Notes: generated by a model from the letters alone, not told the origin. A stretch of 64,000 nt of DNA from Caldisericia bacterium (GCA_028700655.1 JAQVSG010000001.1:40507-104506), one strand, 5' to 3'; shown: positions 9,245 through 19,317, numbered from the stretch's first letter. Program-made: numbers and translations.

Positions 9245-10669
9245 TTACTTTTCAGACGTTCGTGGGGTTTTTTCCCAAAATTCTCTTTTCGCAGAGTAGG
9301 GTTTGTTTTGGAGTTTTTGATAAACAGAGAGTAAACTCCCACATATAAAGGGCAGTCCATATAGAAAACTGAAAAATGGCAATACAGTGACCATGTAGAG
9401 AGTGAGAAGAAAGAACTGAAATAGTTCGCAGACAGACCATTTATTGTATTGCATATAACGACGATAGCGAAGATACAAGGATTGTATAAATACGATACTG
9501 GTGCCCAAAAACAAGAAATACGAAACATCAAAACTAGAAATCGGAACACTTATTTTTTGGAGTGTATGGGATAGATAAAAAATAGAAAGGATTCCATATA
9601 AATACCACTCAATAGGACCCAGCAGAAACACTTTCCACAGCATCCAAGAGCGTTCTTTTGGGGTATGAAAAAAGGATTTGTTGGCATGCAATAGAACATC
9701 TATAATCCCTTTCCCCCAACGATATCGTTGAACAAAATAACCACGGAAATTGGCAGGAGTTTGTTCAGTACATACAATGGGAAGGAATTTTGGAATTGTA
9801 TTCCATTGATCCCATATTCGAATTCCCATTTCTATATCTTCGGTAGCACATGTAGCTTGAAAACCATGTAGATCTTGAATCATTGAATAGGGAATGTGCA
9901 TATTGGTTCCTCCTAAGAAAGGAATCCAACGCAACAGAGAAGGGAGTGTATAATCGTGAGAGAAAGCTTGGGCTAGAGCTGCAATTTTTGAAAACAAAGA
10001 AAGGTGCTTAAAATTACGTACTTGAAGAGCAGGTCCTTGCCAAACAGGCAGAGGCTCCTTTTTTGATGTGTGTTCTTGGATATACGAAAAAATGGATTCT
10101 TCTGCGTGTGTTTCTGCGTCAAAAAAACTACAGTAATGGTATGGATGTGAAAAGGAATGAACCGACAATGCATAGTTTAGGGCTCTTCCCTTGGAGGAGG
10201 GGATGAATTGATTTTTGTAGGAACCTGGAATCGTACCATCGTAGGTAATAGGAACATCTAAAATGTATATAGAGGGGAATGAATCCCCTTCAAAAAAAGA
10301 CTGATTTTTATCTTTGCCACTATTGGTTGGGTTGCAATTTTTTTCAATCCAGCGTTCCACCACCTTTCGAGTGGATTCATTTTTGTGGGCAATCGTTTCT
10401 TTTTGGTCTGTAATGAGGATGATTTCCTGTTTGTTTCTTGAATATTGTATCTGTAGCATGTTTTTGAGAGTGTTTGTGATGACAGAAGCTTCTTCTTTGG
10501 CAGGAATTAGAATGCTAAAGAACAGTTGATCATGAAGAGAAGAATAGAGAATTCTCTTGTCCGTATTTTTTTGGTAGGTACCCATGAGTACAAAAAAGAA
10601 AAAACGGATCGAAACCAAAAAACCGATGCTTGATAGGACTATATAAAGAATGTTTTGCCATGTATTCAT
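9245..10669 (-). CDS. Membrane-bound processive family-2 glycosyltransferase (polysaccharide synthase-like)
   Basis: 474 aa. N-terminal TM segment, ILIPAKEEASVI, SKGRALNYAL, FFDAETH (DxD-like), QRYRWGKG (QxxRW), C-terminal TM helices, ending FWEKTPRTSEK. Convergent with the previous gene, with a 12-nt gap. Confidence 0.85.
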   Translation of the reverse strand: MNTWQNILYIVLSSIGFLVSIRFFFFVLMGTYQKNTDKRILYSSLHDQLFFSILIPAKEEASVITNTLKNMLQIQYSRNKQEIILITDQKETIAHKNESTRKVVERWIEKNCNPTNSGKDKNQSFFEGDSFPSIYILDVPITYDGTIPGSYKNQFIPSSKGRALNYALSVHSFSHPYHYCSFFDAETHAEESIFSYIQEHTSKKEPLPVWQGPALQVRNFKHLSLFSKIAALAQAFSHDYTLPSLLRWIPFLGGTNMHIPYSMIQDLHGFQATCATEDIEMGIRIWDQWNTIPKFLPIVCTEQTPANFRGYFVQRYRWGKGIIDVLLHANKSFFHTPKERSWMLWKVFLLGPIEWYLYGILSIFYLSHTLQKISVPISSFDVSYFLFLGTSIVFIQSLYLRYRRYMQYNKWSVCELFQFFLLTLYMVTVLPFFSFLYGLPFICGSLLSVYQKLQNKPYSAKREFWEKTPRTSEK

Positions 10670-10720
10670 ACCAAGAAGTGTATCAAAAAAAGTGGAAAGG
10701 AAGAATTTTTTCCTGATATC

Positions 10721-10728
10721 TGTATAAT
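10721..10728 (+). promoter_or_regulatory. Candidate -10 box (TG-TATAAT) for a possibly leaderless GAF-gene transcript
   Basis: TGTATAAT at 10721-10728, with TATAAT at 10723-10728. The ATG at 10736 starts 8 nt after the hexamer. There is no Shine-Dalgarno sequence in between, and the -35 is poor. Confidence 0.3.
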
Positions 10729-10735
10729 ACTTATC

Positions 10736-11215
10736 ATGAAAGCAAAATATGAGAAACTTTTAAAAACGATTTCCGAAACCATTTCTGCGAACACGATTTG
10801 GAGATACACCCTAAACGATGTTGTGTTTGATCTAAAAAATGGAAATTCACGATACGATTGGGTAGGAATTTACTTACTTGACGGAAACACTCTTCGCTTA
10901 GAAACTTTTCTAGGGCATCCCACCGAACATACACTTATTGATCTTCCTAAGGGTGTCTGTGGAGAATCTGCCCATACAAAAAAATCGATGATTGTGGATG
11001 ATGTTACAAGCTGTGACAATTATATTTCGTGTAGCTTGTACGTGAAATCTGAAATTGTAATTCCCATTTTGCGAAACAATGAAGTATTGGGTGTCATTGA
11101 CATTGATAGCCACACAAAAGCAGCATTTACAAACGCAGATCAAACGTTCCTTGAAAAAGTGGCTTCTTTGATTGCTGACAAGGCTCCTTTTGTGCAAAAA
11201 CAGACACACCTCTAA
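10736..11215 (+). CDS. GAF domain protein (free methionine-R-sulfoxide reductase-like family)
   Basis: The track ORF is 10655..11215. The internal ATG at 10736 gives MKAKYEKLLKTISE. Family motifs: YDWVGIYLLDGNTLRL, KGVCGESAHTKKSMIVDDV, SEIVIPILRNNEVLGVIDIDSH. Confidence 0.8.
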   Translation: MKAKYEKLLKTISETISANTIWRYTLNDVVFDLKNGNSRYDWVGIYLLDGNTLRLETFLGHPTEHTLIDLPKGVCGESAHTKKSMIVDDVTSCDNYISCSLYVKSEIVIPILRNNEVLGVIDIDSHTKAAFTNADQTFLEKVASLIADKAPFVQKQTHL

Positions 11216-11277
11216 CTTCTTTTCATTGCTTCCAATGTTCTCCTATGTTTCGTTCTTCTTTTTTTCTTTTTTTTCTT

Positions 11278-11306
11278 TGAACCTTTTCCACCCCTTACCC
11301 TATTAT
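11278..11306 (+). promoter_or_regulatory. Candidate ECF-type (autoregulatory) promoter upstream of the ECF sigma gene
   Basis: TGAACC (11278-11283), a 17-nt spacer, then TATTAT (11301-11306), 65 nt upstream of the sigma ATG. The same bipartite motif occurs at 22458-22487. Confidence 0.4.
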
Positions 11307-11370
11307 GAGTAGAAAACATAAGGCAGGTAAAGTATGAAATTGATCTTATCAGGGTTGATGAAGTAGTGTC

Positions 11371-11937
11371 ATGAATTTAACCCGTAAAGAAGAAAAAGAA
11401 TTAGTACTACGAGCAAAGCAAGGAGACTCAGAAGCTATGACTGTAATCTACAAAGAATTTGAACAAGAAATCTTACGAGCCGCTTATGGAGTTACAAAGA
11501 ATCCTGACGATGCACAAGATGTTGCAGCGGAAGCATTTATGACATTTTTTCAGACCATTGATCGTTTTAATACCGACTACCCCATCCGACCTTGGCTTCA
11601 TAGAATTATGCACAACCAGGCCAATTCTATGTTTCGGAAAAAGAATCGCGTTATCAGCAGTGGGGATTGTTTTGATAACTATACAATGGAACATTCTTCT
11701 CAAACCGATGAAAACCTTTTTGAAGAAGAAGACGTATCGTTGTTAAAGAAAGCATTGAATTTGTTGTCCATAGAAGAAAAGAAAATTTTAACTCTTTTCT
11801 ATATTGAAGACTTTTCCATCACAGATTTATCCGTCACACTCAACATTCCGGAAGGAACGGTGAAGAGCCGTTTGTTCAACAGCCGCAAAAAACTAGCAAA
11901 AAAAGTCCAACTTTGCAAAAAAGGGGGTGGATTTTGA
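11371..11937 (+). CDS. ECF (sigma-70 family, group IV) RNA polymerase sigma factor
   Basis: 188 aa. Region 2: DAQDVAAEAFMTFFQTIDRFNTDYPIRPWLHRIMHNQANSMFRKK. Region 4: LSIEEKKILTLFYIEDFSITDLSVTLNIPEGTVKSRLFNSRKKL. Confidence 0.92.
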   Translation: MNLTRKEEKELVLRAKQGDSEAMTVIYKEFEQEILRAAYGVTKNPDDAQDVAAEAFMTFFQTIDRFNTDYPIRPWLHRIMHNQANSMFRKKNRVISSGDCFDNYTMEHSSQTDENLFEEEDVSLLKKALNLLSIEEKKILTLFYIEDFSITDLSVTLNIPEGTVKSRLFNSRKKLAKKVQLCKKGGGF

Positions 11938-14177
11938 ACACCTGTAAACATGTAGAAAAATGGTTACGAGATCATCCTCAAGAGTCTTTGCCAAAATGGA
12001 TACAAAATCATATTCAAGGATGTTCTTCTTGTAAGCAGATTGTAGAGTCTTCTTCTCTTCTTCATACTTTTACCCCGGTTTCGCCTTCTTCAGCGCAATA
12101 CTCTTTCTCGCCAGAATTGGATTGGAAAATACGAAATTGTATCTATACAACGTCTGAAACGTTAAAAAACTCTCAAAGAATCGCGAAAAAAACAGTTTTC
12201 TATTTGCACCGAGGATTTGTCGCGACTTTATCGGCAATATGTTTAATAGTAGCTGTTTTTTTTATGGTACCTGTGGCCAACCAGAATACGACCTACTCTC
12301 TTTTGTTGAACGAGAAGTTTAAAGAAATGATGCAAACGCCTTCTTCTGTTTTTATGATGGAAGTAGATACCATGGAAACAATGGATGACCACTTGCAATT
12401 TGCACGTTACTATTGCGAAACAAAAGAAGAGCGGGAATTCTTATATAGCAATAATGAAGATAGTCGCAACAAACTCCTTTTTGTGAAGTTTTTAGGAATG
12501 CAGTCGGACGTATCGTATTTACAAATCTATCAATATGCACGAAATGATCTGTACTTTCAAGCTATACGAAAGGCCAAGCTTCCTCTTTGGAAAACTTGGA
12601 GAGAGTTTTCTTCCTATATTGAGCAATACACCTTGCTTCCGGGGCAACCCTTTGAATCTTTTGATGCCACTGTTTTGTCTGTGGATTATGCAACAGGAGC
12701 GATAAAAACGGATGTATTTACAGACCCCTTGTTTGCTGATTTTATTATCATGCAACAAGTAACTCCCTTTCGTACTTATCATTTCACAGTGAAAACAATA
12801 TCCTCACAAAACAACATTGTTGCTATTGATTTGCCTCGAGAAAACGATACTTCTTTGCAAGGAAAATTACTTTCTGTTACCAAAAATACAATACGACTGG
12901 AAGGATTCCCAGAGGATCTTTTTGTCAGTGAAAAAGTTCTTCATGATGAAACAGCAAATTCTTATCTTGAAAATGGGGAGTATGTATTTGTTCGTATTGC
13001 ACAAACCAACCAGAACCAGTGGGTTGTTACCTCTTTATCAGTATTACAAGAACCTTCTCCAAGAACTCTAACGGGAAAAATTGTTGAGGTGTACCGCAAC
13101 GGATTTGTCTTAGAGAACCTTGGAATGAGCTTTTTCTTTTCTTCTCCCACCACACCTACCATTTCTCAATATGATATTATTACTGTGCAAGGATTGGATT
13201 ATGGTTCCTTTTTCGTAGTTGAAAAGGTGCTTTCAATAGCCCCCTTCATAGAGGAAAAAGAAGACTATTATTTAGCTTCTCACAAGGAAGAAAAAACCAT
13301 TGCACGAGAGCCTGTTTTTACCCCTCCAAACAGATCCATATCGTCTCCTTCTCCTGTAAATCCTCCCGATCAAATGCCATTAGAAAGTGATATCGTCGTG
13401 GGTATCGATAAGGACCAGTATTATTTTTTAAGCGGGAAAACAGTTCCCAAAGATCAGCTTTCACAATCCCTATCCGCCGGTGAATCTATTCGATATCAGA
13501 GAGAGCAGAACAACATTACCATTCAACGACATTTTATGAATCAAACGCAAGTGGTGCAGTTTACTGTAGAATTTTTAGAACGGTTGCCCAATGGCATTGA
13601 AATTTATCATGCTCCACAAGATGGAAGTCGCATTTATGTCTTCCGCTCTTCTATGGCAGACAAAGGAAATGTTTCTGTGTTTCAAGGAAACGTGGTTTCC
13701 TATGGAACCATTCATATTGCTTTGGAATGGAGAATGTTTTCCTTATCCACTCTTGTCAACATTCAAGCTGTTGTTACTAAAGAAATTGAACGGAACTCTT
13801 TGTATCAATTGGATAATGGCTGTGTGCTAAAAATAGATGATTTCACAGAAATACAGGGCCATGTTCAAGTTGGGAAAACGGTAAAGATTTCGGGTCAATA
13901 TGATCAAAACGTTCTCCGTGGGTATATTGTCCGCGTGGAAAAAGAAATTTTTATGATGCAAGGAGAGATTGTTGATTGGAACAAGGAGCAAAAATGGTTT
14001 CTTTTAGACTCGGGTGTTGTCATTCAAATCCATGAAGCCACTATTTTTCATGGGCAGGGTGTATTAGGAGAGGGCATCTTTGTGTACTGCAAAGTATATC
14101 TGAAAGAAGGTCAATACGTTGCCTCCGATATTGCATGGGAAGAAAACTCAATTCCCGGAACAGGAGACCGCATATGA
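11934..14177 (+). CDS. Anti-sigma factor (zf-HC2 type) with one TM segment and a large extracytoplasmic domain
   Basis: The track start is TTG at 11913. I prefer the in-frame TTG at 11934, which follows AAGGGGGTGG (11921-11930) and overlaps the sigma stop as TTGA. N-terminal HIQGCSSC (Hx3Cx2C). TM segment FVATLSAICLIVAVFFMVPV. About 630 aa lie outside the membrane. Confidence 0.8.
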   Translation: MNTCKHVEKWLRDHPQESLPKWIQNHIQGCSSCKQIVESSSLLHTFTPVSPSSAQYSFSPELDWKIRNCIYTTSETLKNSQRIAKKTVFYLHRGFVATLSAICLIVAVFFMVPVANQNTTYSLLLNEKFKEMMQTPSSVFMMEVDTMETMDDHLQFARYYCETKEEREFLYSNNEDSRNKLLFVKFLGMQSDVSYLQIYQYARNDLYFQAIRKAKLPLWKTWREFSSYIEQYTLLPGQPFESFDATVLSVDYATGAIKTDVFTDPLFADFIIMQQVTPFRTYHFTVKTISSQNNIVAIDLPRENDTSLQGKLLSVTKNTIRLEGFPEDLFVSEKVLHDETANSYLENGEYVFVRIAQTNQNQWVVTSLSVLQEPSPRTLTGKIVEVYRNGFVLENLGMSFFFSSPTTPTISQYDIITVQGLDYGSFFVVEKVLSIAPFIEEKEDYYLASHKEEKTIAREPVFTPPNRSISSPSPVNPPDQMPLESDIVVGIDKDQYYFLSGKTVPKDQLSQSLSAGESIRYQREQNNITIQRHFMNQTQVVQFTVEFLERLPNGIEIYHAPQDGSRIYVFRSSMADKGNVSVFQGNVVSYGTIHIALEWRMFSLSTLVNIQAVVTKEIERNSLYQLDNGCVLKIDDFTEIQGHVQVGKTVKISGQYDQNVLRGYIVRVEKEIFMMQGEIVDWNKEQKWFLLDSGVVIQIHEATIFHGQGVLGEGIFVYCKVYLKEGQYVASDIAWEENSIPGTGDRI

Positions 14178-15835
14178 AAAGACTTTTTCAAATCATAACA
14201 ACAATCTATCTAACCGCACTCTTTTTCGTACCCATGCCTATGTCATTGCATGCAAACGAAGCTTCATCTGGATCGATTCGTCCTGTCCAAAAAACGCAGT
14301 GTAGGGTTTTGTTAAGCAATTACGAAAAAGGGGAGATAACCTCTATGGAATTTCGTCTTTCGCTTTCAGAAAACCCCATACTGGCCGAATCTTGGATTAC
14401 AATACTACTACCAGAATCGTACACGATCCCAGAATTGTTCCGGGAAGATTTTGTTTTCTCTGATACGGTTGCTTTACAGGTTCAAAGGAAGGGAAACAAT
14501 AACATACGAATTCAAACCCCTATCGATATTTCTGAAATCCTTACCATATCTATTTCTCACTATGCGGGGATTCAAAATCCATTGGAAGAAGATACTTTTG
14601 TATGTACTCTTCTTGTAGAATCTTGGGAGGAATTTTTTGAATCGGATTCTATACACCTTATTTCTCCTCAGAATTCCGTATTCTATGAAATACAAAACAA
14701 AATCAAAGCAAATCAACATGGATGGATGTCAGAAATACCAATCCTTCAATTGTATTCCAAAAAAGGAACCGAATTGTATGTTGCCTGGAATGAGGATGAA
14801 TTTCACAAATTGGAAAACCGTATTATTACAATACCCGAAGGGATTCATCGTTGTTCTTTTTATGGATTGCGCCCTTCTGGTCTAAAAGAAGAGATACAGT
14901 CTGTTCTTTGGAAAGTGGATCCGTATCCACCGTCCTGTATTGATGTTTCTCCTTCTCATCGAACCTGGATCAATACGCAAGATCCTTTGGTAAAATTTCA
15001 GATCACCTCCATTTCACCTGCTTTTCTTGTTATATCAGAAGAAGCATATCCTGTTCTAAACAATGAAGTGGAAATACCCTTGTCATTGAATCCTGGGAAG
15101 AATACTGTTTCTTACAGCATTGTCAATCAAGCGGGTCATAGTATCTCTGACGAACTCACTCTTTTTGTGGATATTACTCCTCCTGTTATTACCTTGTACT
15201 CCCCTTCAGAAGAACAGATATATTGCGGATACCATATGATTGTCAATGGAAAGACGGAGCCAGGATGCCTTTTATCTGTCAATGGGATAAAGTTAGAGAT
15301 GGACGCATATGGGAACTTTGCAACGGAAATTCCTATTGCGGAAGGAAAGAATAATGTTATTGTGCGCAGTGAAGATCGGGCAGGGAATGTTACGATCATC
15401 AGTAGAACCTTTTTTCACTATGCAGGGACTGTTTTTGAAATCCAATTGTCTCATCAGAAAGTTTTTTTGAATGAAAAGGAAATCTCGGTGGATCCATTTC
15501 CGTTTCGCGATCCCCAAAATGGCGAAATATATGCTTCCATTCGATTGTTTACGGAATCACTGGGGTATTCTTTACGATGGGATTCAAACTTAAATGCAGC
15601 TATACTAGACAAAAATGGAGTTTTGATTTATGTTCGACCCAATGATTCCATCATTAAAGTGTCTCAAGGAGACAATGTTGAAGAAATAGATATCTATTAT
15701 GCCCCCACCATTGTCGATGGCGTTATTTTTGTACCCATTGAATTTACGAAGAAAATACTTGGTTCCGAAGTAAAATACGATCCAAAACATGAATCTATTT
15801 TTATTATATTTTGTCCCGAAAGGAGTGAGAAATGA
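14174..15835 (+). CDS. Secreted surface protein: one FP-NP module plus the shared C-terminal cassette (OmpL47-like, Ig-like, CuAO-N pair)
   Basis: The ATG at 14174 (AGGAG at 14162-14166) overlaps the anti-sigma stop as ATGA. Signal peptide MKRLFQIITTIYLTALFFVPMPMSLHANE. Module exit ISHYAGIQNPLEEDTFVCTLLV. Ig-like DITPPVITLYSP...VIVRSEDRAGN. CuAO-N: GEIYASIRLFTESLGYSLRWD and DGVIFVPIEFTKKILGSEVKYD. Confidence 0.85.
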   Translation: MKRLFQIITTIYLTALFFVPMPMSLHANEASSGSIRPVQKTQCRVLLSNYEKGEITSMEFRLSLSENPILAESWITILLPESYTIPELFREDFVFSDTVALQVQRKGNNNIRIQTPIDISEILTISISHYAGIQNPLEEDTFVCTLLVESWEEFFESDSIHLISPQNSVFYEIQNKIKANQHGWMSEIPILQLYSKKGTELYVAWNEDEFHKLENRIITIPEGIHRCSFYGLRPSGLKEEIQSVLWKVDPYPPSCIDVSPSHRTWINTQDPLVKFQITSISPAFLVISEEAYPVLNNEVEIPLSLNPGKNTVSYSIVNQAGHSISDELTLFVDITPPVITLYSPSEEQIYCGYHMIVNGKTEPGCLLSVNGIKLEMDAYGNFATEIPIAEGKNNVIVRSEDRAGNVTIISRTFFHYAGTVFEIQLSHQKVFLNEKEISVDPFPFRDPQNGEIYASIRLFTESLGYSLRWDSNLNAAILDKNGVLIYVRPNDSIIKVSQGDNVEEIDIYYAPTIVDGVIFVPIEFTKKILGSEVKYDPKHESIFIIFCPERSEK

Positions 15836-18800
15836 AATCCATACGTTTATTTACAAAGATACGAACGGTTTTTTTCGTCGTTTTGTTTGTGTTCACCACT
15901 CTCATTCCATTGTATGCGAAAGCAGCCGTTACAAGAATCGAAGTAAGCCCCAATGTACAGTGTATAAAAATTGGCGAATCCGTTACTTTTACAGCAACTG
16001 CCTATGACGAAAATGGGTCGGTTGTACCAGAGGCGACATTTCGTTGGTACCAGGAAGGACCCGGAACGGGTTCTCCTTCTTCCAATACGCGTTCTTACAC
16101 TTTTCGGGCAACCAGTTCAGGTCAAGTCCAAATGTTTGTCTCCTCGGGGGACACAAAACTTGTTTTTCGATTTGATGTGGGAGCTACCCAAGTTCGCGAT
16201 GTTCAAATACGGGTGGAACCCAATACTGCCGGAGAACTAGCGAATTATACCGTCATGTTTTACACAGATGAATGTGGGAAATTAAGTCCTGGTGATAAAA
16301 TATATTTGGCTTTTCCCTATGGAACAACCTTTGCCCGTTATTCTGGGTGCGATGCAGTTACCGTGAACGGTATACCCGCTTCCTATTACGTGGAAACCGA
16401 TAAAAATGACAATCAAATTGTCTCGATCACGGTACCCAATTCCTACCCCGACACAACCCTTGTCTATATACGAATATGCCGCGTGCAAAATCCTCGAGGA
16501 GGAGCTTGCTATCGTATGGCTGCAGCCACTAGCAAGCAGCCTTATTGGGCTCTTTCCAACAGTTATGCGATTGTAGGCTCCATCATTACCACTCCCACCG
16601 TAGAAGTAGCCCCCGATATTGTAGGGGAAATAGCGGCATATACCATTCGATTTGAAACCTCTTCAACGGGACGATTGGGCAGTTGTTACGGGGGGTATAT
16701 CATGGTGGAGTTTCCTTATGGCACCAAAGTGCCTACCACTATTGCGGCGGAGCACATTTTGGTGAACGGACAGTATTGTAACGATGCCGACCCTGTTATA
16801 AACGGACGAGTTGTGAAAATATACCCAGGCATGGTTGTGCTAGAAGAGTCCGATGTAAAAGTAGAGTTTCTTTTAGAAGCCGGGATTACCAATCCAACAA
16901 GTTCGGATCAATATCGTTTGGTTGTGTGGACTAATGCCGACAATACAAGGGTCAATTCAAATTACTACAAAATACGCAACAGTGTTATCCAAGATGTAAA
17001 AGTATGGATTGACAAACCTTACATCAATACAAAATCGGAATGGAGAATCACTTTTCAAACTGGCTTAGTGGGGAGAATGAGAGAAAATGGAATCATTACG
17101 ATCTATTTTCCTTCTTCTGTTCGTTTCCCAGAATCATCAGTTCCTGGGGATATTAAGGTAAATGGGGTGCCCACCACAAAACCTGCCATTATCGAAGGAG
17201 CAGGGACATTGAAAATTCAAACCCCAGTTCTGTTTGAAGCACAGAGTCCCGTAGAGATTGTTATAAAGGAAGAGTTTGGTCTTACCAATCCTACATCGGT
17301 AGGTCGATACACCATTAAAGCGCACACAGGGAAAGAAGGAACCAATGTAGAATCCCAAGAATTTGAAATCGGTCCTAGCATGATTGGTGATCTGTCTGTT
17401 CGTATTGGATCTCCTTTTGTATCTGTGAATACATCGATTCAACTCACCTTTACAACGGGTGGTGGTGGTCAACTAACATCGGACAATGGGCAAGTGTATC
17501 TCATTATGCCCCAAGGAATGTATATCCCCAATACAATGGCAAAAGATAGTGTATTGATCAACAATGTTCCCATGAAAACAACACCTTTTTTGAAAAAGGC
17601 AGAGAATCGAATCATTCTCAATGTACCCATTGATATAGGTCCTGAAGCAGTAGTGACAGTCGACTTTTTACAAGAAGCAGGATTGCGAAATCCGGTCACA
17701 CCGGGTGAGTACATTTTTCGAGTGGCCACCAATCGAGAGGTATCTTACATTTCCTCTCCCAAAATTTGGATTCAAGAATCAAGGGTGCAAAATGTCTCTG
17801 TGGATGTTTTGTCCCGTACTGTTGAGCAACCAGCTTCTTTACATATTTCCTTCAAAACCGGCCCCGCTGGTTTTTTGAGTGCGGGAGAAAAAATATTTGT
17901 GTTTTTGGACACTCGTTTCCAGTTTCCCACCGATTATCAACACGGCATTCTATTCAATGAAATAAACGTAGACCTGTTTCCAGTTTTTCTAAAACCCAGC
18001 GAAGGCATGATACAGATTACCCTTCATGAAAACATCGAACCTCTCGAAACCGTTGTTATTCAAATCACTCCTGAAGCAGGCTTTGTGAATCCTTCACAAG
18101 AAGGTGCTTATACATTGGGTGTTTCTACGCAAAGTGAAACACAAACCGTAGCTTCTGAGCCTTTTTCGATTATTCCTTTACCAAAAACAAACATTACCAT
18201 TGAACCTACTTTCCCCGATGGAGATAACCAATGGTATGTGTCCAAGCCAAACATATCCTTCGATGTGTATTCCCAAGAACCAGAATCGATTCAAACCTGG
18301 TTTTCGTTAAATGGGGAAGATTGGATTTTGTATCAAGAGACTCTTGTTCTATCTTCTGGAATATACGAAATACGGTATTATTCGACACAAGGGGATGCAA
18401 AAGAGGAAATCCAATCCATACCCATTAAAATTGACACCTTCCCTCCCTATATACAACTACCCGAAGGCCCCATTTTTACCAATCAACCGATCTACCCATT
18501 TTCGGTTACTATTGTCGAATCTCATTTTCTTAAGGGTATGATTGGAGAGCATGAAGTACTCTCTCTTGTCGAGGGTCAAATGAAGGCGAACTTACGGCTT
18601 GAAGAAGGGGACAATGAATTCTCTATTTTGGTATATGACGAGGCGGGTCATCGAAGTGAAACAACGGTTGTTATAGTTTTAGATCAAACTCCTCCCACGC
18701 TTCAAATTAGCAAACCGTCTCCCTGGCAAAAAACAATTCGGAAAACAATTCCTATTGATGGATATACAGAATCAAATGTGGATGTAACCCTGAATGGAAA

Positions 18801-19317
18801 ACGTCTGTCTGTGGTAGATGGGAAATTTATGACGCAGTTTACCTGTACAAGTGGTATTAATGCTCTTGAGTTTATTGCAACGGATCTGTCTGGAAATGCA
18901 ACAAAGGCAATTGTTCCTGTGCAATACTACGAGAATTTCTGGGTACAATTCTCGATAGGTCAACAAATTGCCTCTTCCTCTATGGGAACACTGAATTTGG
19001 GGTCACCTATTTTTTTACAATCGTCTCATACTATGATTCCTTTAACTGTTTTTACATCTTTATTAGGCTGTGAAGTTGAGTACGAGCCCATTTTTCAAAT
19101 CATCACTGTGAGCAATCCTGATGGCAAAGTTATTCAAGCTCAAATTGGCAATACCACTGCCACTGTGAACGATGAAAAAAGAATTCTCCCAACTCCCCCT
19201 GTAATTCGCAATGGACGAACCTTCATTCCACTTCGATTCTTCGCTGAAGAATTCGGTTTTGTTGTACACTACATCAAAGAACAAAATGCTGTCAAAATGG
19301 AGTATCATGAGAGCTAA
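15832..19317 (+). CDS. Secreted surface protein: Big_2 domain, five FP-NP modules, shared C-terminal cassette
   Basis: 1,161 aa. The ATG overlaps the upstream stop as ATGA. Signal peptide MKSIRLF...LIPLYAKAAV. Big_2: RIEVSPNVQCIKIGESVTFTATAYDENG. Exit hallmarks: RVQNPRGGACY, AGITNPTSSDQY, FGLTNPTSVGRY, AGLRNPVTPGEY, AGFVNPSQEGAY. CuAO-N: VIRNGRTFIPLRFFAEEFGFVVHY. Confidence 0.9.
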   Translation: MKSIRLFTKIRTVFFVVLFVFTTLIPLYAKAAVTRIEVSPNVQCIKIGESVTFTATAYDENGSVVPEATFRWYQEGPGTGSPSSNTRSYTFRATSSGQVQMFVSSGDTKLVFRFDVGATQVRDVQIRVEPNTAGELANYTVMFYTDECGKLSPGDKIYLAFPYGTTFARYSGCDAVTVNGIPASYYVETDKNDNQIVSITVPNSYPDTTLVYIRICRVQNPRGGACYRMAAATSKQPYWALSNSYAIVGSIITTPTVEVAPDIVGEIAAYTIRFETSSTGRLGSCYGGYIMVEFPYGTKVPTTIAAEHILVNGQYCNDADPVINGRVVKIYPGMVVLEESDVKVEFLLEAGITNPTSSDQYRLVVWTNADNTRVNSNYYKIRNSVIQDVKVWIDKPYINTKSEWRITFQTGLVGRMRENGIITIYFPSSVRFPESSVPGDIKVNGVPTTKPAIIEGAGTLKIQTPVLFEAQSPVEIVIKEEFGLTNPTSVGRYTIKAHTGKEGTNVESQEFEIGPSMIGDLSVRIGSPFVSVNTSIQLTFTTGGGGQLTSDNGQVYLIMPQGMYIPNTMAKDSVLINNVPMKTTPFLKKAENRIILNVPIDIGPEAVVTVDFLQEAGLRNPVTPGEYIFRVATNREVSYISSPKIWIQESRVQNVSVDVLSRTVEQPASLHISFKTGPAGFLSAGEKIFVFLDTRFQFPTDYQHGILFNEINVDLFPVFLKPSEGMIQITLHENIEPLETVVIQITPEAGFVNPSQEGAYTLGVSTQSETQTVASEPFSIIPLPKTNITIEPTFPDGDNQWYVSKPNISFDVYSQEPESIQTWFSLNGEDWILYQETLVLSSGIYEIRYYSTQGDAKEEIQSIPIKIDTFPPYIQLPEGPIFTNQPIYPFSVTIVESHFLKGMIGEHEVLSLVEGQMKANLRLEEGDNEFSILVYDEAGHRSETTVVIVLDQTPPTLQISKPSPWQKTIRKTIPIDGYTESNVDVTLNGKRLSVVDGKFMTQFTCTSGINALEFIATDLSGNATKAIVPVQYYENFWVQFSIGQQIASSSMGTLNLGSPIFLQSSHTMIPLTVFTSLLGCEVEYEPIFQIITVSNPDGKVIQAQIGNTTATVNDEKRILPTPPVIRNGRTFIPLRFFAEEFGFVVHYIKEQNAVKMEYHES

